DNA of 64,000 nucleotides from Candidatus Saccharimonadales bacterium (GTDB taxonomy: Bacteria > Patescibacteriota > Saccharimonadia > Saccharimonadales > 2-12-FULL-41-12): assembly GCA_041906505.1 (NCBI GenBank), contig JAYRJB010000001.1:10585-74584 (forward strand). The letters are read 5' to 3'. Positions 47,455 through 56,826 of the stretch are shown piece after piece. The notes under the pieces were generated by a model. That model saw nothing but the letters and a program-made list of their open reading frames with translations, did not search any database and was not told the DNA's origin. The position numbers were made by a program, and so were the translations under genes. Each line of letters opens with the position of its first letter. Within the stretch, counting starts at the first letter, position 1.

Positions 47455-48093
47455 TTATTTAAGGCTAAACGGTGGATATTTGTCAGTGGCTAGCAGGAAG
47501 GCATAGGCCCAAACCCTAATACCCCACCTGTTGACACCAACTACAAAGTCGAAAAGATTCTTTGGATATTTGCCAGTGAAAAGTATGGCGAACCATGCAA
47601 TTATTGTCGCTAAGAGGGCGGCAATACCCAGAACAGCCAATACAATGTAGTGAGGAATGGCCAAGAACCATTTCACTAGCGGCAGTCCCCTCTTAAGATC
47701 TCGTTCAACATTCGGATAACCTACATCCAAACTGATTGATTGTTTATCAACAGTAGATGGATACCGATCAGTTAGCAGAAAAAGGTAGGCACTAACTCTA
47801 TACGAATATCGATTTAGTTCTAGATTAAAATCAAACCACCACCGCGGATAGCGTTGTCGAAAAAGAATCATCAGAACGGTTGCACAAAATAATCCAACCA
47901 GAATGCCTCCTCCGCCTACGGCTAATTCATCGCCTGCATTACCTGAAAATCCAGTACCAGTCATGGTAAGAAGCGATATGATGATAAACGCAGGAATAAT
48001 CCATAAAATCCGGAAGAATGTACTCAAACGATCAAGCTTGTTCGGATATTCGATGTCAAAACTAGCTGGATATGTATCTTTTTTTGTTGCCAT
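47455..48093 (-). CDS. DUF4389 family membrane protein
   Basis: It contains WFLAIPHYIVLAVL...FAILFTGKYPKNLFDF...TDKYPPFSL. The ORF is trimmed to Met56, which has a GAGGAG RBS. Confidence 0.6.
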   Translation of the reverse strand: MATKKDTYPASFDIEYPNKLDRLSTFFRILWIIPAFIIISLLTMTGTGFSGNAGDELAVGGGGILVGLFCATVLMILFRQRYPRWWFDFNLELNRYSYRVSAYLFLLTDRYPSTVDKQSISLDVGYPNVERDLKRGLPLVKWFLAIPHYIVLAVLGIAALLATIIAWFAILFTGKYPKNLFDFVVGVNRWGIRVWAYAFLLATDKYPPFSLK

Positions 48094-48213
48094 GGCGATT
48101 GTCTCCTCAGCCAAAATATAAAAATTTTTAATTACTACACTGTTAAGGTAGTGTACTACTCCGAAATTAGCAACTGATTCGAAAAAACACCACCATTCGA
48201 CCGACTCTTTACT

Positions 48214-48290
48214 TGGTGCGGGTGCGGGGACTCTAACCCCGGGCCTCATCCTTGGCAAGGATGCGCTCTAAACAACTGAGCTACACCCGC
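48214..48290 (-). tRNA. tRNA-Gly (anticodon GCC), CCA encoded
   Basis: The acceptor is GCGGGTG/CACCCGC and the anticodon loop is TTGCCAA. Confidence 0.85.
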
Positions 48291-48383
48291 TCGGTATTGA
48301 GATAAACCTGCGGTTTTTCTCAACGCTCATCGGCAAAGCCGACCCTAAAGGGCAAGCTCGCTGCTCTTTTCCCTTTAGAATAT

Positions 48384-48459
48384 TGGTGGCTCCTCCCAGA
48401 CTCGAACTGGGGACACAAGGCTCTTCAGGCCTCTGCTCTACCAACTGAGCTAAAGAGCC
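48384..48459 (-). tRNA. tRNA-Phe (anticodon GAA), CCA encoded
   Basis: The acceptor is GGCTCTT/AGGAGCC and the anticodon loop is CTGAAGA. Confidence 0.85.
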
Positions 48460-48567
48460 AAAAATGGCTTAGCCAATCAACCATTATTTATTGTACAGGT
48501 GCGTGACCTCAAACATACAAATCTACAAACCAAACTTTATAGCTGTTTGTAGATTTGAGAGGAGGAA

Positions 48568-48621
48568 ATGTGCAAGATCTCACTAAAAGTTTTGGCCATT
48601 TATTTGTCAAAGCTTTTCTAG
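48568..48621 (+). CDS. 17-codon hydrophobic mini-ORF (MCKISLKVLAIYLSKLF), speculative
   Basis: GAGGAGG lies 3 nt upstream of the ATG. A 13-bp perfect hairpin (48518-48557) sits just upstream and a 7-bp hairpin (48626-48643) just downstream. Confidence 0.2.
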   Translation: MCKISLKVLAIYLSKLF

Positions 48622-48644
48622 TGAGGTCGGAACAATTTCCGACG

Positions 48645-48721
48645 TGGTGGGTGATGAGGGACTCGAACCCCCGACCCCCTCGGTGTAAACGAGATGCTCT
48701 AGCCAACTGAGCTAATCACCC
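48645..48721 (-). tRNA. tRNA-Val (anticodon TAC), CCA encoded
   Basis: The acceptor is GGGTGAT/ATCACCC and the anticodon loop is TTTACAC. Confidence 0.85.
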
Positions 48722-48754
48722 ATGATCCATATTGTAAATTATTTAGGCTATTCT

Positions 48755-48810
48755 CACCCCGACCCCCTCAGTGTAAGTGAGAGACCAGTGCCAACCAAAG
48801 CGAATCACCC
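48755..48810 (-). pseudogene. degenerate partial copy of tRNA-Val (5' acceptor through start of T-arm, no 3' half)
   Basis: Hand alignment of 48755-48810 to the tRNA-Val 5' portion shows CACCCCGACCCCCTCaGTGTAAgtGAGA...GCCAAC...AATCACCC. The anticodon TAC is retained, the D-arm is disrupted, and the T-arm and 3' acceptor are missing. Confidence 0.55.
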
Positions 48811-48886
48811 AAGAATAAGAAACAACAGACGTTATAGTAGCAAATACCCCTGTTTTTTTCAAACTAATTGCTGCTGGTTGAGGCTA

Positions 48887-49840
48887 CTAGGCGGCCTGCA
48901 AAAGCGCGTGTCTGATATCGCCCAAGTTCGGTCGATCTTGCGGGCGAATACTGAGACCTTCGAGCATCAGTTTTGCAATCTTCTTTGGAATTGCGCTGTT
49001 TAGTTCTCTTGGATCAACTGGCTTGGTGCGCTCTAAGGATTGCCTATAAGATTCTACGCTGGTTGCGTTAAAAGGCATTTTTTGGGTTGTTGCTTGATAG
49101 GCTGTGGCTGCCAAACTGAAGACATCACCCTTGGCGTCAACTGCACCGTCGGTGATTGACTCTGGTGGCATGAATCCAACGGTCCCAACTATTTGATCGG
49201 CCCTTGTGCCGAATTCGTCCGCCGGAGCTAGTGACCCCAGTTGACTAACTTGTTCGGTATCAGCATGATCTTCTGAAACCACACCAAAATCGGCAAGCCA
49301 ACCTTTTTCCTGGGAATTAACCAGAATATTGCCAGGCTTTACGTCGCGATGGACTAAACCGTTTTCGTGCATTAAGCCAAGCGCATCCACGGCAGATTGC
49401 AAAGCAACGACAACACGCTGTGGATCACCCTCAAGATCATTCAGCGTACCCTCCGCGAGCTCCATCACCACATGGCGATATTTTTTACCCTCAAACTCAA
49501 ATGTACCCAGACCCTTTAGTGGAACGGCACCCGGGGTTTCGGTCTCGCTCAGCAACAAATGCGTTGCCAACTCTTTGTCAACGCGAAGTCGATAAGATTC
49601 ATCGGGTTCGCTAAAGGTTTTGAGCGCAAAGCGATTGAAATGCTCATCTTCGACCTCAAATATGGCCGTGTCCCGCATGCTGGAACCGCCAATTTTTCTG
49701 ATTATCTCGTAATTCTGGCCAGCCTCCGAGTCTTCGATAATATGACCATAATGAATATTTGGCAGATAGTCTGTATGATCGACATGCGGCAAAGTGTCAG
49801 AATGTAGATATCTCTCCAAACTCTGTTGATGCACGCTCAT
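48887..49840 (-). CDS. serine/threonine protein kinase (Hanks type), no extra domains
   Basis: It has the catalytic loop HRDVKPGNILV, DFG, and an APE-like PPE. Confidence 0.8.
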   Translation of the reverse strand: MSVHQQSLERYLHSDTLPHVDHTDYLPNIHYGHIIEDSEAGQNYEIIRKIGGSSMRDTAIFEVEDEHFNRFALKTFSEPDESYRLRVDKELATHLLLSETETPGAVPLKGLGTFEFEGKKYRHVVMELAEGTLNDLEGDPQRVVVALQSAVDALGLMHENGLVHRDVKPGNILVNSQEKGWLADFGVVSEDHADTEQVSQLGSLAPADEFGTRADQIVGTVGFMPPESITDGAVDAKGDVFSLAATAYQATTQKMPFNATSVESYRQSLERTKPVDPRELNSAIPKKIAKLMLEGLSIRPQDRPNLGDIRHALLQAA

Positions 49841-49889
49841 TTTGGCTCCTAGACTAAAACTTACGTTTTAATAAAACTTCTCTAAGGTT

Positions 49890-50315
49890 TCACGCCGCCA
49901 TCTGGTTATTGGTTGCAAGATACTGATTTAGCATTTGAACCACTTCGTGTCCAGGGATTTGAGGTGGGGTCGCTACTTCTAGAGCTACTTCTGGATGCGC
50001 GGCATTCACTTCTACCGCTTGTTTGGCAACTTCAGCAACAGCTGGAATGGGCGCATATGGGTCTAAGATGTCAACATGAAGAATACCCTCGCCTTGTTCT
50101 TCGTGGTATTCCGCAAGCGCCTCTATGGTATCGGGGTCAATTTCGGCAACAGGGGTATCGTCGTACCGGTTTTTTTCGACCAAGCAAAGAGCGAGCCGAC
50201 CACCGTCAACGGCGGTCTTGTATACTGCGAGGTTGGTTTCGTCCTCAAATACATCTGGAGTGCTCATAAATCCAACAAATTCTGGATTGCGCAAGTCTAA
50301 TTCTGAGACGGTCAT
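49890..50315 (-). CDS. acidic hypothetical protein
   Basis: It is an intact ORF immediately upstream of, and co-oriented with, the kinase gene. No motifs are recognised. Confidence 0.4.
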   Translation of the reverse strand: MTVSELDLRNPEFVGFMSTPDVFEDETNLAVYKTAVDGGRLALCLVEKNRYDDTPVAEIDPDTIEALAEYHEEQGEGILHVDILDPYAPIPAVAEVAKQAVEVNAAHPEVALEVATPPQIPGHEVVQMLNQYLATNNQMAA

Positions 50316-50521
50316 GTTTTTGATTCCTTTTATATGTAGCGTTTATGTTTTCATAAATGTCTATTAATTTATTGTACTCCTCTGTTTCATGGTTTCAACA
50401 GTTACAATACTTTTTAACAACATTTCTTTATCTGTGGTTGAACTTTTTAATAAATACACCATGGATGATATTTTTTACCACTTAGTTACGAAAAATAGAA
50501 GAATATTTAACTAAGAAGCTT

Positions 50522-50608
50522 TGGTGGGGATGAGAAGACTTGAACTTCCACGAGGTTGCCCTCACTAGCCCCTCAAGCTAGCGCGTCTACCAATTCCGCC
50601 ACATCCCC
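50522..50608 (-). tRNA. tRNA-Leu (anticodon GAG), long variable arm, CCA encoded
   Basis: The acceptor is GGGGATG/CATCCCC and the anticodon stem-loop is CTAGC-TTGAGGG-GCTAG. Confidence 0.8.
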
Positions 50609-50680
50609 AAAACATAGCGATTAACAGATTATAGATTACGCTACAATGGGTTTTTTCTCAAGCGATGAGTCGTTTTTTTC

Positions 50681-52318
50681 CTAGGTTCTTGGCATGTGGG
50701 CGTGTAGGTGATCCATCGAAAACTCTTGGCGCAAGATTGGCTTAATATCGTCAAGCGTAACATCAACTTTTACCCCTGGATTGAGCGTACCGTGAGGATC
50801 AAATATCTTCTTTACTTTTTGGAAGACGTTATATGCCTCTGGACCGTATACTTTCTCGAGATAGGGCGCCCGAAGCCGTCCGTCTCCGTGTTCTCCAGTG
50901 GTAGTTCCTCCTAAGTCGATTACCAGCGCGTAGTATTCGTCCATCAGCTTGAAAGCTTTTTGCCGATCGCCCACTTGCGCTAAGTCAAGATATGGCTGAA
51001 TGTGAAGATTGGCATTGCCCGCATGTCCCCACACCGCTACTTGGAGTCCGTGCTTTTGAAATAGTTTGTATACGCCCCCAAGATATTCGCCAAATCGGTC
51101 GACGGGTACCACCCCATCTTCTATGATTGGCACCGCAACTGCCCGACCTTGATTTTGAGAAATTGCTGTTGCGGCGGCGTGTCGTATTTTCCAAAGCTGT
51201 TCTTGGTTTGCCTCTTCGGTTTCGATTTGAAAGGTAAGACCACGTTTGTCAAGCAACTTACTCACCCTTTTGGACATTTTCTTTTGATGTTTTGATGACT
51301 GGTCATTAAACTCAACCAACAATACTAATTTTGGAAACGGGCTTTTGATTATGCCTTTTAGCTGATTGGGGTTTTGCTTTTCTACAAACGAAAGTAAGTT
51401 TTGGTCGACAACTTCTATGGCGCTCGGTATCTTTGGTAATTTTAGGAGCTCGTCAACAATTTCTTGGGCTTGTTCTAAGCTTGGAACTTGAATCATAAAC
51501 AGGGTGTTCGTTGGGTTGTGCGGCTCGACAGCAATTTTTGCCTCTGTCACGATACCAAGCGTGCCCTCGGAACCAACAAGCAGTGGCGTAAGGTCAAAAC
51601 TACCTTTTTTGTCCTTTACAAGGTCGAGGGCGTATCCCGCCGAGTTTTTACTGACGTTGCGCGCCAGGCTAGCAATAATATCGTGATTCTCCTCTATAAG
51701 TGTGTCGAGAGCCCGATAAATCTCGCCCTCGAAAGTCGAAAGGCCCATTTTTTTGTTGAGCTCGCGCTTGCTTAAACGCTTGGTTTCAATAACTTCGCCA
51801 TTGGCGAGCACGACTCGAAGGCTCTCAACAAAGTTACGAGTACTCCCGTACTTGACTGACTTTTCGCCGCTGGCATTGTTGGCGATTGCACCACCAACAG
51901 TAGAGTATTCAAGCGACGCTGGATATGGCGGCAGAAATAGCCCGTGGGTATGAAGAGCTTGCTGGAGTTTCCCGTAGTTGACTCCCGGTTCAATAGTAAC
52001 CGTGCCCCGTTTTGTATCAAGCTCGATGACCTTGTTCATGTGGGCGGGAAAAACCAGCATTATGCCCTTACCGATAGCAGAACCACTCTCGTCAGTTCCG
52101 GCTCCACGGGGAGTAATTGGTATTACCCGGCCTCTCTCGGCGAGCTGCCAGGTAAACCGAGCGGTCTTTCTGACGTCGTTCTCTCCCCGGGGATAGGCAA
52201 CAATTGCTGGCACGATTCGAAATATGCTGGCATCAGTAGAAAAGTAGCGTCGGGCGTCATCTCCAGTCATGACCTCGCCGACTAAATGTTCTTGTAAATA
52301 ATGAGCAACCTTATTCAT
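50681..52318 (-). CDS. FAD-linked oxidase (GlcD/D-lactate dehydrogenase-like)
   Basis: It has an FAD_binding_4-type N-terminus (PRGAGTDESGSAIG) and a C-terminal GGTTTGEHGDGR. Confidence 0.85.
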   Translation of the reverse strand: MNKVAHYLQEHLVGEVMTGDDARRYFSTDASIFRIVPAIVAYPRGENDVRKTARFTWQLAERGRVIPITPRGAGTDESGSAIGKGIMLVFPAHMNKVIELDTKRGTVTIEPGVNYGKLQQALHTHGLFLPPYPASLEYSTVGGAIANNASGEKSVKYGSTRNFVESLRVVLANGEVIETKRLSKRELNKKMGLSTFEGEIYRALDTLIEENHDIIASLARNVSKNSAGYALDLVKDKKGSFDLTPLLVGSEGTLGIVTEAKIAVEPHNPTNTLFMIQVPSLEQAQEIVDELLKLPKIPSAIEVVDQNLLSFVEKQNPNQLKGIIKSPFPKLVLLVEFNDQSSKHQKKMSKRVSKLLDKRGLTFQIETEEANQEQLWKIRHAAATAISQNQGRAVAVPIIEDGVVPVDRFGEYLGGVYKLFQKHGLQVAVWGHAGNANLHIQPYLDLAQVGDRQKAFKLMDEYYALVIDLGGTTTGEHGDGRLRAPYLEKVYGPEAYNVFQKVKKIFDPHGTLNPGVKVDVTLDDIKPILRQEFSMDHLHAHMPRT

Positions 52319-52436
52319 AGATAACTAAAAAACCCTTCTGTCGATGTGTCCTTGTTCAAGAGACATAGTAGCATAAAAGCGCTTGTGTTTGGCGCACCCA
52401 AAGGTGTTGCCGACGCTGCATTCCGTCTTTGAGTGT

Positions 52437-54215
52437 CTACCGAGCTGCACTTCGAACCTTCCATTCGTCAACATTGGCAAAACGATCACTGGGAGTAACC
52501 ACTAGAGTCGAGTTGAAGTCATAGAGTGGTTGGCGTGCAATGTATAAAAACCTGGTTTGGTAAAGCGCCAACGCCGGATTATCATTTTTCCAAGCTTCTA
52601 AAAAGGGTCGGTATTTTATGGCACGATTTGCAGGATCGGACCGAGTTCGCCCGGCTTCGAGAGACCTATCGGCAACGGTTGACTTGTATTCACTAAAGTT
52701 GAGTCGCGTTTCCGAACGAGGATCGGCCTGCGAACTGTGCCAATAGGCAAAAACGTCGGGATCTGGACCGATTGAAATACCATAGAGTAGCGCATCGTAG
52801 CCGTGCGTTGCAACCGTCGACTGCAACTCTGAATCTGATTGCAAAAGTACCTGTACGTCTACCCCTAGTTCGCGCCATTGTCTCTGAAGAGCTCCGCTGA
52901 CCGCCGTCAGCTCACTGTCATTTCCACTGAACAGCCGAAATGTCAGTTTTTTGCCATCCTTTGTTCGAATGCCAGAACTAGGATCTACTTTCCAGCCCAA
53001 ACCATCGAGAAGCGCTTTTGCTTCTTCGCGCTTGTTTGTCACCTGGGCATAGCGCTTGTCGTATCCCGGCTGCGAACGAAGTAAGGGTTCGTCAATCGCA
53101 AGCAGTGGATATGGAACCTGCGAAAATAATTCAGTTTTGTTAACGCCCAAAACCAGCGCTCGACGAACAGTGGGATCTTTTAGAACTTCTTGGTCATTTT
53201 TGAAGAAAGTCATGACTTGCCCAGTGAGCGTGATCGGATACTCTCTTGTTTGGTCGTCGTTCGACAAGAAGTCCGGCAGTTGATTTAGTCCAACCATTGC
53301 GTCGACTTGTTTATCTTTATAGGTGTTAATTAGTTGATCTTCTTGACTATACGCCTTGAGAATAAACTTATCCAAACTAGGGGGTCCTTGATGATAGTCT
53401 TCGAATTTTTGCAGCACCACACTAGATATTCTCTCGTTGTCGCCTTGCTGCTTTACTTCTATATCCACAAACCGAAACGGGCCGGTTCCGACAGGAGACT
53501 GATTATTGAAGGTGTTTGATCTAAGTTGGGCTGGATTGACCTTTGACAAAATATGTTCGGGAATGATGCCGTTCGTGAGCGAATGGGGGAAAGCGCTTAG
53601 TTTATTAGGAAGCGTAAACTGAACCGTGTGGTCGTCGACAGCTTTAATTTTTATCCCGCGCCAGCTCGACAACAGATATGACTTTGTCTCGGGATTTTGA
53701 ATAAGGCTATACGTATAGAGCACGTCTTTTGAGGTAAATGGTTTCCCGTCGTGCCACGTTATATTCTGGCGCAGCTTTACCGTGTAGACAGTTTCTGATG
53801 GGTCATAGGAATAGTTTTCTGCCAGATCCCCCGTCAAACGCCCATTCTCGTCATAGGCGAATAAACTAGAGAACACCAACTTGGATACGGAGCTATCTGC
53901 TAAGTTTGATGCATAAAGAGGGTTTGCGTTCGTGAAGCTGCCGAGCACTCCCTCGGTGTAGATGCCCCCATCAACAGGAACATTTACTTGATACTTGTTG
54001 GAAAGCGCCCGAGACTGCATGAGCACTCCTACCACAAGAATAGCAATGAGCCCTATCCAGCCGATCAAAAAACGCCGTACATTGGTAAGTTTTGTGATTC
54101 GACGAACTAAATGTTTATCGATATGCTCTTCAGTTACGAAGCCAATGTCTTCTACCTGTCGACGTCTTTTGCGGAGTATCCTCCGCATACGCAACTTTGA
54201 TCTACGACTCACCAT
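52437..54215 (-). CDS. ABC transporter substrate-binding protein, family 5 (peptide/nickel), TM-anchored
   Basis: It has a basic N-terminus plus a TM, then an SBP_bac_5-like body (ITWHDGKPFTSKDVLYTY, GTGPFRF). Confidence 0.8.
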   Translation of the reverse strand: MVSRRSKLRMRRILRKRRRQVEDIGFVTEEHIDKHLVRRITKLTNVRRFLIGWIGLIAILVVGVLMQSRALSNKYQVNVPVDGGIYTEGVLGSFTNANPLYASNLADSSVSKLVFSSLFAYDENGRLTGDLAENYSYDPSETVYTVKLRQNITWHDGKPFTSKDVLYTYSLIQNPETKSYLLSSWRGIKIKAVDDHTVQFTLPNKLSAFPHSLTNGIIPEHILSKVNPAQLRSNTFNNQSPVGTGPFRFVDIEVKQQGDNERISSVVLQKFEDYHQGPPSLDKFILKAYSQEDQLINTYKDKQVDAMVGLNQLPDFLSNDDQTREYPITLTGQVMTFFKNDQEVLKDPTVRRALVLGVNKTELFSQVPYPLLAIDEPLLRSQPGYDKRYAQVTNKREEAKALLDGLGWKVDPSSGIRTKDGKKLTFRLFSGNDSELTAVSGALQRQWRELGVDVQVLLQSDSELQSTVATHGYDALLYGISIGPDPDVFAYWHSSQADPRSETRLNFSEYKSTVADRSLEAGRTRSDPANRAIKYRPFLEAWKNDNPALALYQTRFLYIARQPLYDFNSTLVVTPSDRFANVDEWKVRSAAR

Positions 54216-54234
54216 ATGTATTACGTACTTGTTC

Positions 54235-54447
54235 CTACGCCAGTACGTTGAGCAGTAGCGAAACGGAAAAAATGATTGCCAGAATAATGGTAATCTGGTG
54301 AATCGTTTTGTCAGTACCTCGACGAACAGTATTTACCTCACCACCACCACCGAGACCGGCCCCCAGGCCCGCTCCCCTAGTTTGCATTAGTATTAGGACC
54401 GTCATAATTACCCCGGAGATAATAGCAATATAGCCGAATATGTTCAT
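54235..54447 (-). CDS. secG: preprotein translocase subunit SecG
   Basis: It contains LILMQTRGAGLGAGLGGGG and two TM segments. The ORF is trimmed to Met38, and its start forms an ATGA overlap with the upstream gene's stop. Confidence 0.75.
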   Translation of the reverse strand: MNIFGYIAIISGVIMTVLILMQTRGAGLGAGLGGGGEVNTVRRGTDKTIHQITIILAIIFSVSLLLNVLA

Positions 54448-54824
54448 CTGGTTTGGTCCTCTAAGATAGTCACTACTAAATAGTTTACCAAGCCAATCAC
54501 CATCCCAGCAAGCATTGCCGACCATAAACTGGTCACGTTCAGAGGTGCATATAGCCAACTTGCCAGGAGCACCATCAATCCGTTAATTACAATCATGAAC
54601 AATCCCAAGCTGAGCAAGATTGCCGGCAGAGAAAGAAGAACGACGATCGGTTTTATGACCATGTTTACCAGTGCCAATATGAGACCAGAAACAACAATAA
54701 CTCCAAGCTCACTCTGATAATCTATCTTATCGCCAAGCAAACCGGCAGCTATCCACAAACCAAGCCCACTGACAAACCACTGAAGCAAAAATCGACCAAA
54801 TAGAGAATGTCTTCGTTTTATCAT
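54444..54824 (-). CDS. YvlD/phage-holin-4_2 family membrane protein
   Basis: It is a four-TM small protein containing FLLQWFVSGLGLWIAAGLL. Confidence 0.55.
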   Translation of the reverse strand: MIKRRHSLFGRFLLQWFVSGLGLWIAAGLLGDKIDYQSELGVIVVSGLILALVNMVIKPIVVLLSLPAILLSLGLFMIVINGLMVLLASWLYAPLNVTSLWSAMLAGMVIGLVNYLVVTILEDQTR

Positions 54825-56065
54825 CTTTGTTTCATTGTAAGCGAGTGTATGTTCTTCGGTAAAGCATATGTAAGGTTTTCATTTCCGCTGTCTGTAATTA
54901 CTATCTCGTCTTCGAGACGGATACCCAGGCCTTCTTCGGCAATGTAAATCGCGGGTTCTACTGTTAGTACGGTTCCCACACTCAGCGGTGCGTCATAGTC
55001 GCCGGGGTCGTGCGCGTCGATTCCCAAAAAATGCGACGTGAGCTGAGGATAGTACTTTCTGATTGATGCCTTCGATATTGTGCGAATAAGACCAAGCTCT
55101 TGGAGTTTTTCGCCCAAATAGTGCTGTACAGCCGCTTCGTACGCTTTTAGGCTGGCGCCTGGTTTTAGCAACGCGCAGGCAAAGTCATGCACTGCCACTA
55201 CCGCACTGTACACTTGTTGCTGACGCGCTGTCGGATTGTCAAACACTGTCCGAGTAATATCGGCGCAATAACCTTGGTATTTTAATCCGATATCAAGCAG
55301 TAGCGCATTTGTATTCATTGGCTGGTTGTTTTGTTGGTAGTGCAAAACCACTGAATTTGAACCGGCGGCAATAATCGGATCATAGGCAAAAGGCAGGTCA
55401 TTCTCGATAGCGTACTTTGCTGCCAATGCATGAAGTTGACTTTCGTTCGTTGCTTTTTTTCGATTTTTCTCCAGAATTTCGAAAACTTTCGTCGTGTGCT
55501 CGATTGCACGCTTCATTAGACGAATTTCTTGAGGCTGCTTTTTCATTCTTTGCTGACGTAAATATGGAGCAATATCTATAAGGTCAACGGAACTACGTAT
55601 GTTGCTCAGCAGAGACAACAGCCGTGCCGAGCTCGGATTTGTAAACATATCGTGCGACTCGATGTATGACGGACCTGGCTTGAGACCCGCAAGGCGGGTT
55701 GTTTTCTTTACCAGTTTCTCTAAACGACTCCAGCCCTCCCGCCAACCATACACCGCATTTACGCCAGAAGTTTTTTGTACAGCATTGTGATCAATTTCGC
55801 CATCAAACGCAGCCCGAACCGGATCCTGGTTTGGCACAATGATATATTCCGAAGAAGCCTCCATAACCAAGATTATTCCCGGCACCTGGACGCCACTTAA
55901 GTACCAGACATTGCTATTTTGAACAAAGGGGTATGTGCTGCTGGAGGATTCTTGAATTAAGCAGTTGCCGGCCAATATAATTGGAGCACTTTCGCCAAAA
56001 AGTTCACGCAAGCGCGAGCGATTGGCTCTAAAAAACTCGGCTGTTAAGCCCCTATGAGATTCCAT
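54821..56065 (-). CDS. pepP: Xaa-Pro aminopeptidase (M24 family)
   Basis: It has the metal ligands of the pita-bread fold (DIGLKYQGYCADITRT, HFLGIDAHD, TVEPAIY, IRLEDE). Confidence 0.8.
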   Translation of the reverse strand: MESHRGLTAEFFRANRSRLRELFGESAPIILAGNCLIQESSSSTYPFVQNSNVWYLSGVQVPGIILVMEASSEYIIVPNQDPVRAAFDGEIDHNAVQKTSGVNAVYGWREGWSRLEKLVKKTTRLAGLKPGPSYIESHDMFTNPSSARLLSLLSNIRSSVDLIDIAPYLRQQRMKKQPQEIRLMKRAIEHTTKVFEILEKNRKKATNESQLHALAAKYAIENDLPFAYDPIIAAGSNSVVLHYQQNNQPMNTNALLLDIGLKYQGYCADITRTVFDNPTARQQQVYSAVVAVHDFACALLKPGASLKAYEAAVQHYLGEKLQELGLIRTISKASIRKYYPQLTSHFLGIDAHDPGDYDAPLSVGTVLTVEPAIYIAEEGLGIRLEDEIVITDSGNENLTYALPKNIHSLTMKQR

Positions 56066-56103
56066 ATACAGGGGTTCATTCTAACACGCAAGCTGAAACA
56101 GCT

Positions 56104-56826
56104 TCAATCTTCCTTAATCTGTTGCAAAAATACTGGAGCCCAATTTTCTCTATACCCCTTGTTTGAGGGATGAAAAAGATCAGCACCAAAGGTCAACAGG
56201 CCACGATTATTTTTGGTACGCTCGTGCAGTGGCACAAGCGTAAAACCATGTTTCTCGGCAAGTCGATACATGATATTGTTTGCCGTTGTCACATTTTTCT
56301 CCAATTTTGAGAGACGACTGCCACTAAAATTAGGTATATCAGAGATGATTGTCTGTTTCGGAAGTCTGGCCATCAGTTGATCCATGTCTTGTTCGAAGCG
56401 CTGCGCATCAAAATTTGTAATGTCATTCGCACCAATTTCCACAGTAACTACAACTTGGTCGCTCTTGATGAGCACTTCGTAAGCTGGAAGTTGCGTGTCG
56501 AGCACATCACGAATCTTTGCACCACTTTTGCTAAGATTTACCAGCCCGATCTCTCCACCGTTTCGCTTGGAAAGCTCTTGTTGGATAAGGCCAACGTAGC
56601 CTTTGTCGGGTTTACTTGCACCCACGCCTTGCGCCGCCGAGTCACCCAAAGCAACGTAGTCAATTCGTTGGTTTTGTATGGTACGCCGATTCCGTGCATC
56701 CCAATAATTTTGATAACGAGAAAGTTGCGTGTAAAGCTCGACGACTCTTAGTCCAGCAATCAATAAGACTACTACAAGAACTATGGTGATAACTTTTAGG
56801 GCGCTGAGGTTGTTCATGCGTCTCAC
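56104..56826 (-). CDS. SGNH/GDSL hydrolase family protein
   Basis: It has block I YVALGDSAAQG, GAND, and DLFHP at the C-terminus, plus an N-terminal TM. Confidence 0.75.
   Translation of the reverse strand: MRRMNNLSALKVITIVLVVVLLIAGLRVVELYTQLSRYQNYWDARNRRTIQNQRIDYVALGDSAAQGVGASKPDKGYVGLIQQELSKRNGGEIGLVNLSKSGAKIRDVLDTQLPAYEVLIKSDQVVVTVEIGANDITNFDAQRFEQDMDQLMARLPKQTIISDIPNFSGSRLSKLEKNVTTANNIMYRLAEKHGFTLVPLHERTKNNRGLLTFGADLFHPSNKGYRENWAPVFLQQIKED

Noticed and set aside
50316-50521. 200-bp AT-rich non-coding stretch between the acidic protein gene and tRNA-Leu(GAG) as a possible ncRNA or origin-like element
   Set aside because: I could find no convincing stem-loops, DnaA-box-like repeats or conserved motifs. 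It is most simply a promoter region for the 49890..50315/kinase operon.
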